A DNA stretch of 64,000 bases from Tetramitus jugosus (Eukaryota; Protista; Heterolobosea). The notes under the pieces are model-generated. The model was not told the origin of the DNA. It worked only from the letters and a program-made list of their open reading frames with translations, and searched no databases. Shown one piece after another: positions 43,868 to 53,592 of this stretch. The translations under genes and the position numbers were made by a program. Each line of letters starts with the position of its first letter. Within the stretch, counting starts at the first letter, position 1. The DNA lies in contig OW569386.1 of the NCBI GenBank assembly GCA_937625935.1, forward strand, positions 1 to 64,000, read 5' to 3'.

Positions 43868-44245
43868 ATGATAGTTCCAATAAAAAAGAGCACACTGAGT
43901 CTTGTCATCAATGATCGCCTCAAGGCAAGAATACAAAGAAATGACAAGAACAAAGAACGGTGCGAAAAGTGGTGCAACCTGACAGGATCTCAGGCATATC
44001 TGTGCAAGAAATGTGGATATGGCAAAAAACGGACTGATTTGTGTCCAGTGTGCGACAAACCAACTGGAGTTATTCAATTTCGAGCTCAATTATGCATGGA
44101 TCATGGATATGGTGATATGAATTTGAATTGTTGTCGGTGTGGAAGGTACTGTGGTTCAGCAAAAATTGTGGCTCACTTGTGCGCTGCCTGTGGCAACGGA
44201 CACAAAGAAGATTTTTGTTGCAAGATGGAACCGAAACAACAATGA
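43868..44245 (+). CDS. PHF5/Rds3-like Cys-rich zinc protein
   Basis: Three A.LCxx(C/H)G(Y/N)G...C repeats resembling the PHF5 CxxC.YG pattern. Confidence 0.6.
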   Translation: MIVPIKKSTLSLVINDRLKARIQRNDKNKERCEKWCNLTGSQAYLCKKCGYGKKRTDLCPVCDKPTGVIQFRAQLCMDHGYGDMNLNCCRCGRYCGSAKIVAHLCAACGNGHKEDFCCKMEPKQQ

Positions 44246-44462
44246 GAAGCAACAGCAATGACCCATCGTTTCCAAGACCTCCACGATTGGTTCAATCATG
44301 CATTCTTTTCCATTCATTGCGCGCCTGAAATGCTGAGCGGTGTTTCATTGGTTGTAATGTTCCTCCGACTCGCTTCAGTCAACTTGCATATTAGCAAAAA
44401 GTTGCAAAATTCATAAAAAACAAACAAACACACCCAAAGTCAAAACTATAAACAATATCACA

Positions 44463-44798
44463 ATGGCAGGAAAGAGACAAAAGAAGACCTCTGAAAACAT
44501 CAACGCTCGTTTGGCCCTCGTCAACAGAAGTGGCAAGTACGATCTTGGTTACAAGGTTACCTTGAAGAACATCAGACAAGCTAAGGCAAAGTTGGTCCTC
44601 ATTTCCAACAACTGCCCACCTCTCAGAAAGTCCGAGATTGAATACTACGCTATGTTGTCCCACACATTGGTCCACCACTACAACGGTAACAACGTCGAGT
44701 TGGGAACTGCTTGCGGTAAATACTATGGTGTCAGCGTCCTCTCCATCACTGATGCTGGTGACTCCGATATCTTGAGAGCCATCAAGATGTCCGCTTAA
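44463..44798 (+). CDS. RPL30: 60S ribosomal protein L30 (eL30)
   Basis: [50 protein letters not shown]. Confidence 0.98.
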   Translation: MAGKRQKKTSENINARLALVNRSGKYDLGYKVTLKNIRQAKAKLVLISNNCPPLRKSEIEYYAMLSHTLVHHYNGNNVELGTACGKYYGVSVLSITDAGDSDILRAIKMSA

Positions 44799-45117
44799 AT
44801 GATATAAAAATGTCCTTTTTGTCAGATGATTTTTTTACTTTTCAATTTGTGGCCCTTGGTCTCAGTTTTCTTTCTTCAGAAAGAGGATGACGTTGAGTCG
44901 AGTCTATTATTTTTTGCATCTCACTGGACCATTAATTCTTTGTCAACTGGCTGACATTTGAGAACTGTCGTCTCCTAACAATACCGCCGCAAATCCACAG
45001 AAGCACTGACAGTCCTTTGTTTCGGAAAGAACAACATCAATAACAACTATCGCTCAACAATAACAACACTACACGCCACAACACTTACACATTAATACGG
45101 TATTATTGCACACCACT

Positions 45118-48100
45118 ATGAAAGGATTTGGTAGAGCATTGTTCAAAAAGGACAAAAAAGACAAGAAACAAAAGAAGAGATCGAGCAGTGACTACAATCT
45201 CGATGATATTCCATCTGCTTCTCTCTCTGCACTCATGAATACTGCCACTTCAGGCACGATTGCGGCAGCTGTTCAATCAAAAGGAAATGACACCACCACG
45301 ACGAACACAAATACTGCTACTACATTGGGTAGTACTGCTTCTGCTTTCGATCCCAACTACAATAGAAACATGAACTATACACCTTCTGTCGGTGGTCCCA
45401 GTGATAATCTATCCACATCGACATCTGTGACCACAGTGAATGTTGTTCGCAGAGCTTCTGTCAGGCTACAACAACATCAACAACAACAACTACAACAACA
45501 GCAGCAACAACAACAACATCATGAGAGAACAATGTTGAATAGAGATCATGTGACCAATGAGTCAAAGTTGAGAGTTCAGAGAGATCAAATTCAAATGGAC
45601 AAAATGTTGGATTTGAAGCGTCGATTGAAGTTTATGAAACACAACACAGATGAAGATGACAATGAAATGTTGAGTGCGAGAAGTAAAAGAACTTCCATTG
45701 GACAGTTGACTCAACCTACGACAGATGATGCTCGCATTTCCGATGTGAAGCAGAGCCCGCCAAAAAAAGCAAAGTCTAGTCTTACGGAGGAAGTTGAAAA
45801 GTGGAGCTCATTCGATCAACAGGGTAGTAATGAGGATTATGGTGTCTGGTTCTCAAAGCTTTGTCTCTCTCAGCTCTACTCTGATGAAATGTTTGAATCA
45901 TTTTATGAGTTGAAGCTTTTGAGCAGACAATTGAACGTTCAATTACCGGTACCAGAGTTTGTTGTCATTGGAAAGAGAGGCCATGGTAAATCGGCCTTGA
46001 TTGAATCCTTGATTGGTTATTCTGTAAATTATGTGAACAGTGAGAATGTGTCATTGATTGAAGAGTCAAACACTTTGGCACCGACTACCATCAGACCAGT
46101 GATCATTCAGTTGGTCTATAATGACAGATATAGAGCTGAACCAAGATGCACAGTGTATTATTATGAGCAGCAGCTTGTGGGAGGTAATGGAAGGATGAAT
46201 ACGGATGATTTGGACTCATTGGCCCAACAGGAGGGAATGGAGGGGGGTGCTGAGGAAGAAACAGATAGCACTTTCCAATACGATAGACAGCGCATTAGAC
46301 AAATCAAGGTTTCTTCCGGTGATCTAACTGTGTCTGAGGTTAGCTCAGAGATTGAAGCACTGTGTAAAAGATTGAATTCTAGCAAGGAACTAACGAATCA
46401 GAACAGGGATCCCATTTATCTGCAAATGGAATATGCATACTTCTTTGATATGACTATTGTCGATACACCTGGTATTGTCAAGGAATACCAGACGTCCTCT
46501 TCGAATAGTGATCGCCATGATGCAGAGTCGGAGGTAGATGGTGAATCATCTGTTCGATCATGGAACGATATTGTAAATGAATATGTGGCACCATCCCATA
46601 GGCATATCATCGCAGTCGAGGAGGCGAGTGAATGGGCAGACATTGATATCATTAATTTTGTGAAGAAGTTTGATCCAGCATTGACAAGATCAACCTTTGT
46701 TTTCACAAAGTTCCATTCTCTGATCAAGGCCTTGTCAAATGATGAACTGCAGAGATTCCTGCAATTGACACCAAAAATGAATCAATTCTTCTTTGTTTCC
46801 TTGTTTGGTGCAAGGCTGAGAAATGCTGTGCATAAGGAGCGAGATCAATACGATCGTACAGTTCTTCATGCCTATATCAGAGATCGTAGGATGTTGAATC
46901 AGTTGAGATATGACACAATTTACTCGGAGAGTATGGGCATCTTCAAATTCAGGGCTCACATATTCCACAAGGCTTACTTGAATTATCATGCCAATATTCC
47001 TGAGGTATTGAGCTGTATTCGTTCATCAATTCGTGCTCGCGAGCAACAATTGAACATATTAAATCAAGCAGCATTGGCACAAAGGAAGATTAGGGATGAC
47101 CAAACTACAATTGCACTGAGAAGGATTGCTACAGAGTATACAACTAGCTTCTTGAGAATTTTGCGAGATTTGCTAAACGGTACCAGTTTTGGTCATCCAA
47201 ATGAAACAGGTCAGAGTTTGATGGATGAGATTGAACATGGTGTTGGTCCATGGTTAGACTCTAACTATAATCAAATCGATATACCTCGTGGTGATGACTT
47301 GCAATTCACAGAAGAGAATTTATATGGAGGACAACAGATGAGACGACTGTTGCATGAATATGAAAAGATTTGTGACGCATTGAAGCTCGGAGACTTAACT
47401 TATGATGATATTGGATCTGCTGCTGGTTTATCATCGGGGTCAAACACTGCTGGTTTATACTGGGCTTCTTCTGAGGTTGTTCACAACAGACTCATCCCTG
47501 AAATGAAGTCATTCTTGCAACAGTTGATACATAGAGCATCTTTTATTGTTAAAAGATTACCTGCTCTTGTTGACCGCATTATGAACGAAATAGCGAGACA
47601 ACCATTACTAAGGGGATCTGCACGTGGTGCAGCGCTCGATATGGAAAGATATGTGTACTTTAAATCTTATATTAGTGAACTGTTTGAGGAGTTTGTTGAT
47701 ATAGTTGCGAAGGTTGCTCATAATAAGTGTCTGAGTGAGTTCTATGAGACAAAGACAATCTATTGGAGTGCCCAACTAGAATTGAGAGGAATTCAAGTTG
47801 ACTTTTCAAATATTGAGCAATCCTTGATGGATATTTCAAGTCGATTGTTCACATTAACAAAGGATAGGATGGTCAAAGCAATTGTGATGAAAACATATAG
47901 CTTTTTCGTGAATCCTATCCAAAGTGATTTATGGGGATTCATTCATAGCAGATTAAGTGGCTTGTCCGATGTTCAACTCGAACAAATCTTTGAGTTGGAA
48001 GCAGTTAAGAACTCACTAGCAAGTGATCGTGCAAAGTTAAAGCTAGATTTGGAGAATCAGTACGTTCAGGAGAGTTCATTCGTGAAGTTTTCTACAATTT

Positions 48101-48945
48101 TCACAAAGGCCTTCCAAGTTGTTAACCAAGATCGATTATCTATCAGCCTTAAGCAAGCCCCAAATTCAAACAAGTATCGTTATGATTTACGTGGTTTGGA
48201 GACGGATCGATGGACGGATGAGAAGTTGAATTTCGAGGAGCAACAAAAGCAACTGCAGGCTTCCCTCGAACTCAACAAGATGAGTCTTCAAAGAAGACAG
48301 TCGACTCGTAGAGCAACTATACTTGCTAGAAGCCCTGCACGTGCAGAAGATGCAAAGATGACAATATCGACCGAGCCTGTTCGTGACACCCTCGAGTCCG
48401 AGCGAGTATCCACATTCGATACGGAAGATGATATCGACTCTGACTCAGACTCTGACGCAGAGGACTTGTGTGATGAAAACTTGGATTTGATCATTGATCG
48501 GTTGGATAAGGCTGATCCAAGTTTTACAAAGCTGGATTTGAGGTCTGTGACACAAAAACTGAAGATGGTATCCATTTATCAAATACAGGACTTTGCAGCC
48601 GCTCTTGGAGAGAATCAATATTTGAAGGTAGTTGACCTCTCTGACTCGGGGGTCAGTAACTCTGTATTGAATATGATAGCATTGTTATTGAAGGACAATT
48701 CTGTTGTTGAGTCATTGGATTTAAGCAAGAATGAGATTGATGATGGTGCTGTTCAAAGTTTGTGTAAACTTATTGAGACAAGTAACAGCCTGACAAGTTT
48801 GAATCTTGACAAGACCTATATCCAGTCAGCTGGTTTTGAAACACTGTATCACGCCATTAGCAAGAACAATAAGAGACATTTGAAGATTTCTTTGAATCAG
48901 TTTGCTTCTGAGCAGACTCGTGAAAAGTTTGGACGCTTGCGATAA
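45118..48945 (+). CDS. Dynamin-related protein (DRP5A/DlpA-C-like) with C-terminal LRR
   Basis: VPEFVVIGKRGHGKSALIESLIG, VDTPG, FVFTKF, LYGGQQMRRLL; C-terminal LKVVDLS..VESLDLSKNEI LRRs. Confidence 0.85.
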   Translation: MKGFGRALFKKDKKDKKQKKRSSSDYNLDDIPSASLSALMNTATSGTIAAAVQSKGNDTTTTNTNTATTLGSTASAFDPNYNRNMNYTPSVGGPSDNLSTSTSVTTVNVVRRASVRLQQHQQQQLQQQQQQQQHHERTMLNRDHVTNESKLRVQRDQIQMDKMLDLKRRLKFMKHNTDEDDNEMLSARSKRTSIGQLTQPTTDDARISDVKQSPPKKAKSSLTEEVEKWSSFDQQGSNEDYGVWFSKLCLSQLYSDEMFESFYELKLLSRQLNVQLPVPEFVVIGKRGHGKSALIESLIGYSVNYVNSENVSLIEESNTLAPTTIRPVIIQLVYNDRYRAEPRCTVYYYEQQLVGGNGRMNTDDLDSLAQQEGMEGGAEEETDSTFQYDRQRIRQIKVSSGDLTVSEVSSEIEALCKRLNSSKELTNQNRDPIYLQMEYAYFFDMTIVDTPGIVKEYQTSSSNSDRHDAESEVDGESSVRSWNDIVNEYVAPSHRHIIAVEEASEWADIDIINFVKKFDPALTRSTFVFTKFHSLIKALSNDELQRFLQLTPKMNQFFFVSLFGARLRNAVHKERDQYDRTVLHAYIRDRRMLNQLRYDTIYSESMGIFKFRAHIFHKAYLNYHANIPEVLSCIRSSIRAREQQLNILNQAALAQRKIRDDQTTIALRRIATEYTTSFLRILRDLLNGTSFGHPNETGQSLMDEIEHGVGPWLDSNYNQIDIPRGDDLQFTEENLYGGQQMRRLLHEYEKICDALKLGDLTYDDIGSAAGLSSGSNTAGLYWASSEVVHNRLIPEMKSFLQQLIHRASFIVKRLPALVDRIMNEIARQPLLRGSARGAALDMERYVYFKSYISELFEEFVDIVAKVAHNKCLSEFYETKTIYWSAQLELRGIQVDFSNIEQSLMDISSRLFTLTKDRMVKAIVMKTYSFFVNPIQSDLWGFIHSRLSGLSDVQLEQIFELEAVKNSLASDRAKLKLDLENQYVQESSFVKFSTIFTKAFQVVNQDRLSISLKQAPNSNKYRYDLRGLETDRWTDEKLNFEEQQKQLQASLELNKMSLQRRQSTRRATILARSPARAEDAKMTISTEPVRDTLESERVSTFDTEDDIDSDSDSDAEDLCDENLDLIIDRLDKADPSFTKLDLRSVTQKLKMVSIYQIQDFAAALGENQYLKVVDLSDSGVSNSVLNMIALLLKDNSVVESLDLSKNEIDDGAVQSLCKLIETSNSLTSLNLDKTYIQSAGFETLYHAISKNNKRHLKISLNQFASEQTREKFGRLR

Positions 48946-48963
48946 GAATAATAAATAATAGTT

Positions 48964-50655
48964 TTACGTAACACCCGATTGGTGTTGAGAAGCTAATTTT
49001 CTGTAGGCATGCAGAAAGTTCTCAAATTTGCAGAGTTGGGATTGGAGTTCAAACTTTGGGAGCATATGCTTCAGAATCTTGAATTGGACACAAACAAACA
49101 TTGTAAGAGTCCCCACAATTGCTCCTCCATGCTTTTCCATTCTGTCTGGCGTGAATCTCCAATCATCTAGATATTTTTGAAGTTCGTGCACTGTTTGTTT
49201 GTTTCTCGCGTTTGCTGGGGGTTGACTGAAACGAATTAACTTCAGCCTGATGTTCTGCAGCATTATTTTTTGTAAATACAACAAACTTTTCTTGTCGTGT
49301 TTGTTGTTCACAAGAAGTATTCCAAGTGCAAAGAGGAGATTTTGCGTGGTCACAGGGATTTCCTTCTCTGATCTCAAACTTTCTAATTGCTTTCTTTGTT
49401 CGTCAGTCTTCATCATCTTCAGTCGTTCTTGGAGTTGATGTATATCTGACAGAGGAATGCTCGATCCAATGGGAATTGACTTGTATCTTGTCAATAAACG
49501 TTCATATTTTTGTTCCCAACTATGTAAATCTCCATCATAGATGTTATCTTTTAACAACTGTTGCATTTTGGGATAGTAGTCAGAGAAGCGTTCTGTGATA
49601 CCATAGACAACAGATGGTGACCTGTCTGACATTTTCGAACTGGGACGAGAAGTTACTCTTTGGTTATCTGATACAAGTTCAGATCGAATTTGAGAGTGTT
49701 CAAAGAATGGCTTCATACTTGAGAGATAATGAGCTCCTGGAGAACATGGAGAACCTAGGTCGATTGGAGAACTGGGATTTGAGTCAAAAAATAACGAAAG
49801 AGCACCTTTAGGTGGAGAGACTATATGCTGTGAATCTCCGTCCGATTCAGAAGAGTATTCCATCCAAGAGGTTGACTTTAGGAAAGATGATATCGAGGAG
49901 TATCTAGATTTTGGTGTACTGATACTCTTCCTTGATGGTGCTCTACCTGCCCCAACTATCGCTCTTTCTTCATCTGTAGGAGAGGAATAATGCAATCCTT
50001 GATACCCGAGATTTGAGGGGGGGCTATCATCTGACTCTTCATCAGAATAAATGGGAAATATCGATTTCATTCTTGCGGAGGAGAGAGAGTTTCCACTCAA
50101 GCTCTGAGATCTCTGGAGTCTGGTAGATCTCGGGGTTAATGATGAGTCTTCACTCCATTTTGACTTGGGAGTCATGAACAAGGGAGATAGAGAAGTTGAG
50201 GAATGGTTGTAGACAATTCGTTGTCCATTAACAGACTGAGCTCTTCTGAATGGGAAAGGAGGAGTTTGCTGCTCCGGGTTTTCCTTCTTCTTCTCTCTTC
50301 GAGTGTTCATAGGAGGGGAAACCGAGTGTCTTGGAGAAAGTGAAGTATTGACACCAGTTACTGACAACACCACTCTTGAATAGCTTTCCCTAGAATTTTG
50401 TTTGATTGTTACACTTTTTGATCTTTCTATTCCAGAAACTAGATGCTTGCTCAGGGATACTGAAGCATTTACAGGTCGAGAAATATTAGATTTCTTGTGC
50501 AAAAGGATTGGACTTCCATTTCGAGCTTTGGTTGGAGAGGTACTTCTATCTTTAAAGTCCTCAAAGAGGTTTGGAGACACAGTGGAGACAGTGAGTGGCG
50601 AACCAACGGGTGAGGGAGTTTTGGAAACATTATGACTAATGTTGCGGGTATTCAT
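48964..50655 (-). CDS. Hypothetical Ser/Pro-rich protein
   Basis: 563-aa ORF, many SP sites, helical C-terminal domain; family not recognised. Confidence 0.7.
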   Translation of the reverse strand: MNTRNISHNVSKTPSPVGSPLTVSTVSPNLFEDFKDRSTSPTKARNGSPILLHKKSNISRPVNASVSLSKHLVSGIERSKSVTIKQNSRESYSRVVLSVTGVNTSLSPRHSVSPPMNTRREKKKENPEQQTPPFPFRRAQSVNGQRIVYNHSSTSLSPLFMTPKSKWSEDSSLTPRSTRLQRSQSLSGNSLSSARMKSIFPIYSDEESDDSPPSNLGYQGLHYSSPTDEERAIVGAGRAPSRKSISTPKSRYSSISSFLKSTSWMEYSSESDGDSQHIVSPPKGALSLFFDSNPSSPIDLGSPCSPGAHYLSSMKPFFEHSQIRSELVSDNQRVTSRPSSKMSDRSPSVVYGITERFSDYYPKMQQLLKDNIYDGDLHSWEQKYERLLTRYKSIPIGSSIPLSDIHQLQERLKMMKTDEQRKQLESLRSEKEIPVTTQNLLFALGILLVNNKHDKKSLLYLQKIMLQNIRLKLIRFSQPPANARNKQTVHELQKYLDDWRFTPDRMEKHGGAIVGTLTMFVCVQFKILKHMLPKFELQSQLCKFENFLHAYRKLASQHQSGVT

Positions 50656-51005
50656 ATCAACAACATACTATTGTTTTTTCACAAAAAGTTATTCACACAC
50701 AATTCTGTGCATCCATACTTTTTCCTGTAATGGACTCAACAAGGGAAACAACGCGGATCCTGTTCCTCGTTTTTTGCCGTCTCTTCATAATCCAGGTAAT
50801 TCAACGCTTACTACAACAAGAGATTATGGAACAAAAATACCAAGTAATATTCAAGCGAGTATCTGGAGGTGTTGGTAGCTGAGTTTGTCTTCGATAGTGT
50901 AGCTCGCTTTTGAGCAACATCCCGCAAGGCCAGTTGTCGTAATTGGCCGCCTTCCAAAAAGAATTCCCGCGCAAAAAGACCATCAACAACAATCAAGTGA
51001 GAAAC

Positions 51006-53576
51006 ATGAGCTCTGTTCGACGCAACAATGTGATCAAAGGTCTCCTGCTCAAGCAGTACCTCAGCTGCAAGAGAGACAAAAAATTTTTGTTGCTCACAGT
51101 GTTGTTTCCCATGATGTACACTGTGCTCATCACAGTTACACTTGTCATACAAAACAGCATTAGCTCCAATAGCAACAATGACATTAAAACAGTGTTTGAT
51201 TTGACTAGCACAGATAAATACTTGTTTCCATTGAGTTACATTGATCGTCAATATTCCACATCTGGCATGTCGTCTTCCTCAACGACTCCATCGTTGAATT
51301 TTGACAGAAATGTGTTGTTGAATCAGATTGTGTTCACAATGAATGAGAGAGGCGAGGATCAAAGCACAAAGTTTAATCAGAGTCTACTTTTTGTGAGAGA
51401 ATCCTTGTCAAAGGTACAAAAAGAGTACATTTCCTATAATATGAAGGAACCAATGATGTTTGAATCGTTGGATGGCATGAACCGATATTTGATGAGGTTG
51501 GACGTGAATACTGTGTTGATTGGTGTTGCGTTCAATAAGGTTGAACTCGACACGAAAACATTTGACTTTACGTTGCTTTATAATGGGACGAATGATCGAA
51601 CGTTGCCCCAGTTTCATCACGTGCTGACACTGGCAATGACTCAGTTGGCATACGAACAAGATAGCAGTGGAAGTGTTGCGAGAGTGGATTTCGAGATACC
51701 ATTGTTGTACACGCAACAAGTGTCGATTGCGACGATACAGGATACGAATTATTTGGACACTGTGATTTATTCGTTGATGTTTGGAATGGTGTTTTTAATA
51801 CCCATGTATACTCAGAATGTCGTTGCCGAAGTAGAAAAGGGATTGAAACATCAATTGTTACTCTCTGGAGTGTCGCCCGTCATGTATTGGTTATCCAAGT
51901 ATTGCTTTGATTATTTGATTTATGTGGTTGTGGCAGTGTTGCAATATATTTGTATTGGATTGATTGGAAAAGCGCCAGCGTTTACTCAAAATTCTCAGAT
52001 TGTACTTATCTATTTCTATGTGATTTATGGACTGAACATTGCATCCTTTTCCTACTTGTTTAGTTTTATTTTTAAGAAGGCTGAGGATGCGGCAAAGTGG
52101 GCAGGCGGATTCGTTAGTTTGTCTATTACTGTGATATTTATTTTGGTGAAGTTTGTATTCCACTTCGATACTCCAGTACTGGCCAACATATTTCTCAGCT
52201 TGTTGCCATCATACTCCTTCTTTTATGGATTGGCAGTGTTCGGATTTGCTGCAATGAAGGATGAGCCAATCACAATTCGCTCTTTATTCTCAGTTGGAAC
52301 TTATGGGGGCACAATGGCTGTTATTTTATTGATCATTACTCTTCAGGCTCTCATTTTCACAGCTATCATCATTATGCTCGAATGGTTAAAGCATGTAAGC
52401 AAGCGACCAAATGGATTATTCAACAATTCAGATAAACTGATGAAGCAGATTGAGAGCCGAGAGTCCAATGAATCAGAAGCTCAAGAGGAGGAAGAAGATG
52501 AAGATGTTGCGAGGGAGAGAGAACGTGTTTCTTCCACTGAAGAGGACAATGATATATTGAGAATTGTAAATGTGCACAAAGTGTACAAACAAAAGAAGAT
52601 ATTGAAGCACGCAGTCGATGGAGTTCATATTGGTGTACAGAAGGGTGTTTGTTTTGGCTTGTTAGGACCGAACGGTGCTGGAAAGGTTTGTACTTGTTTA
52701 AATGTCTTTTTTGGTCATTCTCTTCACATATGTACTGACTCTGATATCCATACACACAATGAAAACAAAAAGACTTCTTTGATTGATGTGTTGAGTGGTA
52801 TTCATGGAGCTAATCGTGGTAATGTTTATATCAACCACCACAACATTTTCTCGCAGCCAAATCAAGCTTATGCAAGTTTGGGTGTATGTGCACAAACAGA
52901 TAGACTGTGGGACAAGCTAACGGTTAGAGATCACATTAGGATATTCTGTATGCTTCGAGGTGTGTATACTCAAGAGAACATTCAGCACGTGATCGATGAA
53001 TTTCAAATGAATGAAGTTGCTGATCAAGAAACAGTAACATTGAGTGGTGGACAAAAGCGGAAGTTGAGTGTAGCTCTTGCATTTATTGGAGAACCGTCTG
53101 TAGTTATGTTGGATGAACCTAGCTCAGGCATGGATGTTGCCACGCGTCGACTCCTCTGGAATAAGATTTTAACATTGAAAGAAGAGCGTGCTATTGTGTT
53201 GACTTCTCATTCGATGGAAGAAGTTGATGCTCTGTGTTCTCAAGTCGGTATCATGGTGAATGGAAGGTTGCGATGTTTGGGATCATCCCAGCACCTAAAA
53301 TCAAAATTTGGTTCGGGCTATCGTTTGTCAATTTCTTCGGCGTTTCCGCTGCGAACTCAAGAATGGGTATTGGACGTGTTTCGTGACTCCAAGCTCACAA
53401 ATGAGGTTGCTCACATGCAACACTATGAGATTCCAAAGTCAGACACAGTCACTTTGAGTTACATGTTTGAACAGGTTGAGTCGATGAAGGAAGAGTTGAA
53501 GATACCAGATTATTCTATATCCGAGGCAACACTAGAAGACATATTTATTTCTTTTGCGAAGAAGCAATCTGACTAA
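51006..53576 (+). CDS. ABCA-family half transporter; intron 52686-52772
   Basis: GLKHQLLLSGV...YWLS, EDEDVARER, GLLGPNGAGK|TS, LSGGQKRKL, LDEPSSGMD, TSHSMEE, HLKSKFG, TLEDIF. Confidence 0.93.
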   Translation: MSSVRRNNVIKGLLLKQYLSCKRDKKFLLLTVLFPMMYTVLITVTLVIQNSISSNSNNDIKTVFDLTSTDKYLFPLSYIDRQYSTSGMSSSSTTPSLNFDRNVLLNQIVFTMNERGEDQSTKFNQSLLFVRESLSKVQKEYISYNMKEPMMFESLDGMNRYLMRLDVNTVLIGVAFNKVELDTKTFDFTLLYNGTNDRTLPQFHHVLTLAMTQLAYEQDSSGSVARVDFEIPLLYTQQVSIATIQDTNYLDTVIYSLMFGMVFLIPMYTQNVVAEVEKGLKHQLLLSGVSPVMYWLSKYCFDYLIYVVVAVLQYICIGLIGKAPAFTQNSQIVLIYFYVIYGLNIASFSYLFSFIFKKAEDAAKWAGGFVSLSITVIFILVKFVFHFDTPVLANIFLSLLPSYSFFYGLAVFGFAAMKDEPITIRSLFSVGTYGGTMAVILLIITLQALIFTAIIIMLEWLKHVSKRPNGLFNNSDKLMKQIESRESNESEAQEEEEDEDVARERERVSSTEEDNDILRIVNVHKVYKQKKILKHAVDGVHIGVQKGVCFGLLGPNGAGKVCTCLNVFFGHSLHICTDSDIHTHNENKKTSLIDVLSGIHGANRGNVYINHHNIFSQPNQAYASLGVCAQTDRLWDKLTVRDHIRIFCMLRGVYTQENIQHVIDEFQMNEVADQETVTLSGGQKRKLSVALAFIGEPSVVMLDEPSSGMDVATRRLLWNKILTLKEERAIVLTSHSMEEVDALCSQVGIMVNGRLRCLGSSQHLKSKFGSGYRLSISSAFPLRTQEWVLDVFRDSKLTNEVAHMQHYEIPKSDTVTLSYMFEQVESMKEELKIPDYSISEATLEDIFISFAKKQSD

Positions 53577-53592
53577 TGTGTTATGTAAATAA

